Of a DNA stretch of 14,301 nt, positions 9,524-14,301 are shown in pieces. The stretch's first letter is position 1. Each line of letters begins with the position of its first letter. This DNA comes from Escherichia coli (lineage in GTDB: Bacteria > Pseudomonadota > Gammaproteobacteria > Enterobacterales > Enterobacteriaceae): the NCBI RefSeq assembly GCF_003334405.1, contig NZ_QOWM01000030.1. The stretch is one strand, 5' to 3'. The position numbers were made by a program, and so were the translations under genes. The notes beneath the pieces were generated by a model. It was not told the DNA's origin, did not search any database, and saw only the letters and a program-made list of their open reading frames with translations.

Positions 9524-10590
9524 TAGCGACCATCCCTTGTATCAGAAACTGTAATGATGCACTGCATGCGAGAAGCCTGTGCGTATAAAGGTTTTTGCGC
9601 AGTCCGATATAACTCAAATACCTGCTCCATGGCTGATTCAAATGATCCCCGGAACATTAAAGGCGCATCCAGACGGTAATCGGTTACAGAAAGTGGCCAT
9701 ATGACCATCCAGTGCGTTGATGCCATGCTTTCGCATTTTGTTTCTTCTGCCCACTTGATAATGTTCTCTCTTAATGTGGTGCCTGCCGGCGCACGCCACT
9801 CTTTACCCTGAGATACCGGTTTAACAGGCGTTCCGGTCATGAGCGGGATAGACTTGACTGTGGAGCCGGTTGGAGTCGGGGTGGTGGCGGGCGTTGACGA
9901 AGATACGTTGTTTCCCCTGAATGGATTTCGTGGTTTGTTCTGGCTATTTGCTGTCGTTGGAGATTCAGGGGTAGTGGATGTGGTTACCATGGCTGCTGGC
10001 GAGATAGTGGTTGCCGTGTCCTGTGTCGGTGCAGCAGCTGATGTTGTGACGGTCAACGTTTTATTATCCCAGTCCAGATGGCCCCAGAGGTGTTGTTCTT
10101 CCAGCAACCGGTTCAGAGAACGGGTCCACTGATCATTGGCAGACCATGAAACCAGTTTGGTATTCAGCTTGGGCGTGGCTGCATTCTCTTGTCTGAATTT
10201 CCATCCTTCCGGTAGTAATGTTTTTATCCACTGACTGACGGTCCGGTTACGGGCCGTCGGCGATAGTGTTACAGGGGCGCTACCAGGCTTGCCTGTAATG
10301 ATTAACCGGGAGAAATTCTGACTTATTGTTGGTGAAGGTAACGGTCGGGATTCGCTAACAGGCTGTGCTGTTTTTACTGTCTCTGGCACGCTGACTCTCG
10401 GGGGCGGAGTTATTTTAGGTGGAGAAAGACGTTGTTGCGTAAGTGCCAGAACGCCAGCACTCTCACTGATTTGTCCGTCAACAAAAACCAGAGCAGGCGT
10501 ATCTGATGGTGCCACGTTATTACTGCCGGAAATTCCGGCACAGCCGGATAATAATGATGGCAGTATAAGTGTCAGATAGTTTTTTTTCAT
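9523..10590 (-). CDS. pilL: Pilus assembly lipoprotein PilL
   Basis: Lipoprotein signal with lipobox (LPSLLSGCAG); 355 aa; Pro-rich then Ser/Thr/Pro-rich low-complexity segment (residues about 181-258); GGAG RBS 8 nt upstream of the ATG at 10590. Confidence 0.7.
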   Translation of the reverse strand: MKKNYLTLILPSLLSGCAGISGSNNVAPSDTPALVFVDGQISESAGVLALTQQRLSPPKITPPPRVSVPETVKTAQPVSESRPLPSPTISQNFSRLIITGKPGSAPVTLSPTARNRTVSQWIKTLLPEGWKFRQENAATPKLNTKLVSWSANDQWTRSLNRLLEEQHLWGHLDWDNKTLTVTTSAAAPTQDTATTISPAAMVTTSTTPESPTTANSQNKPRNPFRGNNVSSSTPATTPTPTGSTVKSIPLMTGTPVKPVSQGKEWRAPAGTTLRENIIKWAEETKCESMASTHWMVIWPLSVTDYRLDAPLMFRGSFESAMEQVFELYRTAQKPLYAQASRMQCIITVSDTRDGR

Positions 10591-10623
10591 AACGGAGACT
10601 CCGTGTTCGTATATACGTGTTTG

Positions 10624-11214
10624 TTAATTGGTGTGAGGCGGCTGGAGAGGACGAATGACGACTGTCATTCCGTCCGAATGCAAATGCGGGAGAGACCACT
10701 GAAATAAGAGATATACAAAAGGAATTGATAATCTTTCATACAGACTTGTTTTCCGTGGGCATGTAATAACAGAGAAATTCAAACCATAAGATTCCAGTCT
10801 CTTTATAAGTTTATTTATTCTTGCAGGAGTAAAGAGATGTGAATGCATAACAATGGTTTCATCATTATTAATTGCTTTTGATATCAGAGAAAGTAACACA
10901 TCCCAGTGTTTCCTCATTGACTCCGGGCAACGTGTATCGGCATAGGGGCTAAGATGTATGCTTGATTCTTTACTGCCTTTTTTTTTCGTAAAGAATGTGA
11001 AGTTGTATTTAGATACAGACCTTACGATAAGAAGTACGCATCTGAAAAGTAGTGGGGAAAAGCAAATAATAACCACTATACAGAAATATAATATATAAGA
11101 TAGTGATATGTGGTCAGTGTATAGATAACGGAAGTATTGCCACGGGGTAGTGATGTACAGGCAAAAAGTACACCAAAGTAACCATAGATATAATGGTACG
11201 TTATTATTTTTCAT
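10624..11214 (-). CDS. pilK: Hypothetical membrane protein (two N-terminal TM helices plus soluble domain), possibly PilK-like
   Basis: 196-aa ORF immediately upstream of pilL on the same strand; its ATG overlaps the stop of the preceding ORF (ATGA at 11211-11214). Strongly AT-rich compared with the flanking pil genes. The pilK name is inferred only from position and size. Confidence 0.45.
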   Translation of the reverse strand: MKNNNVPLYLWLLWCTFCLYITTPWQYFRYLYTDHISLSYILYFCIVVIICFSPLLFRCVLLIVRSVSKYNFTFFTKKKGSKESSIHLSPYADTRCPESMRKHWDVLLSLISKAINNDETIVMHSHLFTPARINKLIKRLESYGLNFSVITCPRKTSLYERLSIPFVYLLFQWSLPHLHSDGMTVVIRPLQPPHTN

Positions 11215-11507
11215 ATTAGTTGACTTTTAATACTGTTTTCTATCACCACATTTTTATGTGTCTCATTTGGCACTTCGTACTGTTGGAAATATTGTTGGCG
11301 GCGGATGCGTGTCTGTTCACTGCTTTCTATTAACACCGCCATGGCGATTGCAAAGTATATGCAAATCAGGAAAATCCAGAACGCGTTTGGTATCTTCCAA
11401 AAAAGTGTGGACAGTTTGTTATGTGGTGAAACTAAAATCGGAGAAAGGATTCCACAGACAATCACAATAGCGATGGTTAATTTAACTAGAAAGAACATGG
11501 TAAACAT
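11211..11507 (-). CDS. pilJ: Hypothetical small membrane protein (two predicted TM helices), possibly PilJ-like
   Basis: I prefer the ATG at 11507 (98 aa, MFTMFFLVKLTIAIVIVCGI...), which has GGAG 7 nt upstream; the track start at 11564 is a TTG with no RBS. AT-rich. Translationally coupled to the downstream pilK-like ORF. Confidence 0.4.
   Translation of the reverse strand: MFTMFFLVKLTIAIVIVCGILSPILVSPHNKLSTLFWKIPNAFWIFLICIYFAIAMAVLIESSEQTRIRRQQYFQQYEVPNETHKNVVIENSIKSQLI
11453..11500. repeat. 48-bp direct repeat, copy A (inside the 5' coding region of the pilJ-like ORF)
   Basis: cacagacaatcacaatagcgatggttaatttaactagaaagaacatgg matches copy B at 11595-11642 at 44 of 48 positions, offset 142 bp. 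Confidence 0.8.
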
Positions 11508-11594
11508 CGTTAATCTCCATGATAAAAGGGAGAGAGGTAATAAAGAAAATAAAGATGGCAACAAACGGCTAAATTAAAATCGTTAAAAGGTGTA

Positions 11595-11642
11595 CACAGA
11601 CAATCGCAATCGCGATGGTTAATTTAACTAAAAAGAACACGG
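11595..11642. repeat. 48-bp direct repeat, copy B (intergenic, upstream of the pilJ-like ORF)
   Basis: cacagacaatcgcaatcgcgatggttaatttaactaaaaagaacacgg; similarity to copy A extends weakly a further ~12 bp to the left. On the minus strand it would encode a degenerate copy of the pilJ-like N-terminal helix (VFFLVKLTIAIAIVCV) without the ATG. Confidence 0.8.
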
Positions 11643-11682
11643 CCCCCACCCGTTTTGACGAGGTCTTTTGTTTTTGTTGTGT

Positions 11683-11937
11683 TTACGACAGCCAGTCCTG
11701 TAGATGCTGATGGCGGGAGCTGCTGCCCTTGTGCCAGCGGCAGTGGCTGCCGGGAGCACGCTCCAGTCGGAACAGAAATCGGTTGTCGCGTAGTACCACC
11801 ACGATACAGTTATCCGGCGTGCAGAAACGTCGGGCAAGCTCATCGGGGTCTGTCGGTGTTTTCGTTGAAAACAGCCTGCGTTTGCAGTGTGCGTCGACGA
11901 CCAGTATTTGCAGTCGTCCGGGATGTTGCTGTGGCAT
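11683..11937 (-). CDS. Hypothetical small protein (84 aa), Cys/His-containing, GC-rich; possibly PilI-like
   Basis: Internal ATG at 11937 is preceded by GGAAGGAG with a 6-nt spacer, a much better start than the track ATG at 11982. The ORF is GC-rich, unlike the adjacent AT-rich block. No recognisable domain. Confidence 0.4.
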   Translation of the reverse strand: MPQQHPGRLQILVVDAHCKRRLFSTKTPTDPDELARRFCTPDNCIVVVLRDNRFLFRLERAPGSHCRWHKGSSSRHQHLQDWLS

Positions 11938-12108
11938 CAAAGACTCCTTCCGGAACGGGAAAAGAAGCAGCTGTACCGTCATAACTGCACGTACCGGTTG
12001 CGAAAAAACGGCACAAGCGAGTAGTGACAGAAAGAATGTCGGAAACGGCAGGAAGGGCGGTACAGGCTGCGAAGACTGGAAACGGGGTATGCCGGGGATT
12101 ACACATCC

Positions 12109-12792
12109 TCAGTGTAATGTGATAGTCGTCTGTTCCTGTGTTGCACCCCAGACATCTTCTGGCAGGCTGGGCAGCCCGATAAATAGGGTGTGAAAGAGGG
12201 TTTCTCTGCGTTCGATCCCGAATTGATGTTCGTATCCTCTCACCACCTGAAATCCTTCGTCGGAGAATATTAACTCTGCCGTTTCCAGAAGCTGCATAGT
12301 TTTGCGGTGTAGTGGAGTGATCAGCTGCAACGTAACTGGTGCCCTCATATCGCCTGTCGGTAGAAAACACTCTTCGGTGCGACTTAGTTGTAGCAGATGG
12401 CGTTTCCCGGAACAGGCCCGTTCAATGGATTCATTGAACACCCTCTCAGGCCATGGGCAGACATAAGTGCGCCAGCCTGCTTTCTGTAATTTACCCAGCG
12501 CAGCCCGAAAACGAAACAACGGACATTCCCCGACAGTGGCAGAGCTGAGAAAGAGCGTATTCAGCGTTCCGATGATGGGAATATTGCGATCTTTTTCGGT
12601 CAATGCTTTTAACGCCATGATTTCGCCAGGGAGACTACGGAACTCAGGATGTCTGCTGGCACCAGAAAGCCATTCAAGCAGGTAATGCCGTAATCCGGTT
12701 TCACTGGTTATATTGTGGTTTTCCTGTGCCGTTTTCAGGGCATTCAGTGCACACCAGAGCAACTGGCGCACGGGATGTTCTGTCGTGGTCAT
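12109..12792 (-). CDS. Hypothetical protein (227 aa), possibly a transfer-region regulatory protein (TraC-like)
   Basis: ATG at 12792 with AGGA 7 nt upstream; lies directly downstream of the NusG-paralog gene and its terminator. I recognise no motif; the TraC-like suggestion is based only on remembered IncI1 gene order. Confidence 0.5.
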   Translation of the reverse strand: MTTTEHPVRQLLWCALNALKTAQENHNITSETGLRHYLLEWLSGASRHPEFRSLPGEIMALKALTEKDRNIPIIGTLNTLFLSSATVGECPLFRFRAALGKLQKAGWRTYVCPWPERVFNESIERACSGKRHLLQLSRTEECFLPTGDMRAPVTLQLITPLHRKTMQLLETAELIFSDEGFQVVRGYEHQFGIERRETLFHTLFIGLPSLPEDVWGATQEQTTITLH

Positions 12793-13010
12793 GCGAATGT
12801 CCTACTGTGAGATGAAAAGAAGACCGGTATCCGTTCTCTCCGCCACACGTGATGGCACGGGCCGGCCTTTGATAAAACGAATCAATACTCTGGGGTGAAG
12901 CCTTTTATTTCTTTCGCCATTAAGAAATACACAGTTCCATCAAAAGACAGGGGGAGTCCATGGTGGGGATGGCTCCGTGCAGGCTTCACTCCAGAATATT
13001 CTCTTGAATT

Positions 13011-13040
13011 GAAAAAAGCCCGGCCCGAAGGCCGGGAAAT
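13011..13040 (-). terminator. Rho-independent terminator downstream of the NusG-paralog gene
   Basis: Perfect 7-bp GC-rich stem (cccggcc at 13019-13025, ggccggg at 13030-13036) with a 4-nt loop; on the minus strand it is followed by a TTTTTT tract (13012-13017). It sits 6 bp after the stop of the 13046..13600 ORF. Confidence 0.6.
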
Positions 13041-13045
13041 ACTGG

Positions 13046-13600
13046 CTATGGGATGTTTACAAGGCGCTCCATAAAGCCGTGATGTTCGGCATTTGATACC
13101 AGTTCCAGGAGCAGGGATATCCTCGACTCAGGCTGGAGAGTATTTTCCATTCTGAGGAGATACTGATATTGTGCTTTTGTCAGCCATATGCTGGAAGCCG
13201 CATTCAGCTCTTCCCTGGCTCCCGGATTTAGCACAGGGTCCGGGTAAATCTTCATTAATCCATCAACAATATCTTTATTGATGGGTTTTATTTCACCGCC
13301 AAACTTCACGAAATCAATGAAGGCGCTATGTCGACGTAATGCCGATACTGGTTGAATGTCAAAATTAGCCAGAATAAAAAAGTACCCAGGAAAAATAGCG
13401 AATATTCTTTCACGGTAACAGCACCTGGAGTCTGCCCGTCTTATCTTTCTTGTTATTAATGGAGTCCATGGTACGACGTTTTGCTCATTCAGCCATGAGA
13501 ATAAAGATTCTCTGTTTTTGCCGGCTGTATTATATTGCGCAAGATACCAGTTCCGGTTATTCAGGTGTTCTATATTCACGAAGTTCAACGCTCCGCGCAA
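13046..13600 (-). CDS. NusG/RfaH-family transcription antiterminator paralog (TraB/ActX-like)
   Basis: Recognisable similarity to the RfaH N-terminal domain: NWYLAQY (compare RfaH SWYLLYCK), FPGYFFILANFD (compare FPNYLFVEFD), FVKFGGEIKPI (compare FVRFGASPAIVP). The start is uncertain: the track start at 13600 is a TTG, and a GTG at 13579 is an alternative. Confidence 0.75.
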   Translation of the reverse strand: MRGALNFVNIEHLNNRNWYLAQYNTAGKNRESLFSWLNEQNVVPWTPLITRKIRRADSRCCYRERIFAIFPGYFFILANFDIQPVSALRRHSAFIDFVKFGGEIKPINKDIVDGLMKIYPDPVLNPGAREELNAASSIWLTKAQYQYLLRMENTLQPESRISLLLELVSNAEHHGFMERLVNIP

Positions 13601-13994
13601 AACCGATCCATGATGGACGATTTTGCGATGTCAGGCGAATATGCTAAATCATATGTCTGAAGCAGTGTCCAGCCCATATCTGGATAAACTGCAGTTCTGA
13701 CAGGCATATAACCAGCAGACTCTAGTACGTTCTGTATCGGTGATTTGGCGAACTCACAGATAAAGAACGGCTAAGCACTAATATCAGCAATACAGTGGCA
13801 CAGTATTGTGATACGCGAAATAAAACATCAGCACGTCAGTTCAGAGTAAGGTCGCCATATATCGGGCATGAGCCAGATACAAATAACTGGGACACCGTCT
13901 GAAGTGATTTGCTTTATTAAAGTAACTTGTGCTTGGTGTTTATGTTTATCAATTTGGGATCGCCTGTAAAGTGCAAAATGCAATTTCCATGAAA

Positions 13995-14016
13995 GTGTCC
14001 CCTTTAATGGGGACAC
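13995..14016 (-). terminator. Stem-loop (possible terminator) immediately downstream of the LuxR-type regulator gene
   Basis: Perfect 8-bp inverted repeat gtgtcccc / ggggacac with a 6-nt loop, 4 bp after the stop codon at 14021-14023; on the minus strand only a short U-tract follows (TTTCAT), so terminator function is uncertain. Confidence 0.35.
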
Positions 14017-14020
14017 CTGT

Positions 14021-14301
14021 TCACATTTTTTCGTTTTCTTTAGCTGTATTGCTAATCATGAAAACGAAAGTTCGCATCAGCACAGCAGAGCGAAGTGCAT
14101 CATATCCTTCCAGATTTAAATTCTTCAGGCTTCGCTTCAGGTAGGTTCGTACCGTTTCGGGAGAAAGCCGGCAGTTCTGGGCAATGGCGTCGTAAGGAAC
14201 ACCCATTGCGTAAAAAACGCAGACTGAGGTAGCCTGAGTTTAACGGACACTCCTTCCTGAAATAGAATGGCATCAGAAGGAGCTAATAATGAGCAGAAAA
14301 A
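14021..14301 (-). CDS. LuxR/GerE-type helix-turn-helix transcriptional regulator, C-terminal part (N-terminus probably beyond the window edge)
   Basis: YDAIAQNCRLSPETVRTYLKRSLKNLNLEG fits the LuxR-type HTH pattern (compare GerE KEIASELFISEKTVRNHISNAMQKLGV). The frame stays open upstream of the track ATG (14206) to the window edge by my hand translation, so the true start is unresolved. Confidence 0.5.

Noticed and set aside
10592-10604. 13-bp palindrome ACGGAG-A-CTCCGT overlapping the pilL ribosome-binding site
   Set aside because: A 6+6 bp palindrome is expected a few times by chance in 14 kb and cannot form a stable RNA hairpin with a 1-nt loop. No support as an operator without conservation data.
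11840-12370. 176-aa minus-strand ORF and overlapping 154-aa plus-strand ORF (11729..12193) in the GC-rich region
   Set aside because: Arg/Thr/Ala-rich, low-complexity translations typical of out-of-frame reading of GC-rich DNA. They overlap the better-supported 84-aa and 227-aa ORFs, which have RBS-backed starts.
12835-12843. ops-like motif GGCGGAGAG (minus strand) as a definite RfaH-type recruitment site
   Set aside because: It differs from the RfaH ops consensus, and the recognition sequence for this paralog is unknown to me. I kept it only as a speculative note in the regulatory finding.
13828-14016. 62-aa minus-strand ORF in the traB-like upstream region
   Set aside because: No RBS found and no recognisable motif; it overlaps the stem-loop downstream of the LuxR-type gene. 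More likely non-coding leader or promoter region for the NusG-paralog gene.
1-14301. Search for CRISPR arrays, tRNA/rRNA genes, IS elements or integron attC sites
   Set aside because: No regularly spaced direct repeats, no tRNA-like or rRNA-like sequence, and no terminal inverted repeats or transposase-like ORFs were seen. The only repeats are the 48-bp pair near 11.5 kb and the single sfx-like site.

Overview
The window is essentially one long minus-strand gene array with about 50% GC; every convincing gene reads right-to-left and the plus-strand ORFs in the track look like antisense artefacts. From high to low coordinates it runs: a LuxR/GerE-type HTH regulator (5' end off-window), a NusG/RfaH-family antiterminator paralog followed by an intrinsic terminator, a 227-aa protein of unknown function, three small poorly characterised ORFs (two in a markedly AT-rich block), and then a complete type IVb thin-pilus operon in the order pilL-M-N-O-P-Q-R-S-T-U-V. 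The order, the protein sizes (355, 145, 560, 431, 150, 517, 365, 204, 186, 218 aa) and the motifs match my recollection of the IncI1 (R64-type) conjugative thin-pilus region; this is from memory and is not database-verified. The window ends inside pilV at a 19-bp sequence that looks like a shufflon sfx recombination site. I do not see a clearly novel system. The least explained parts are the AT-rich pilJ/pilK-like block with a 48-bp partial gene duplication, and the regulator/antiterminator/terminator arrangement upstream. No tRNA, rRNA, CRISPR array or IS element was recognised.
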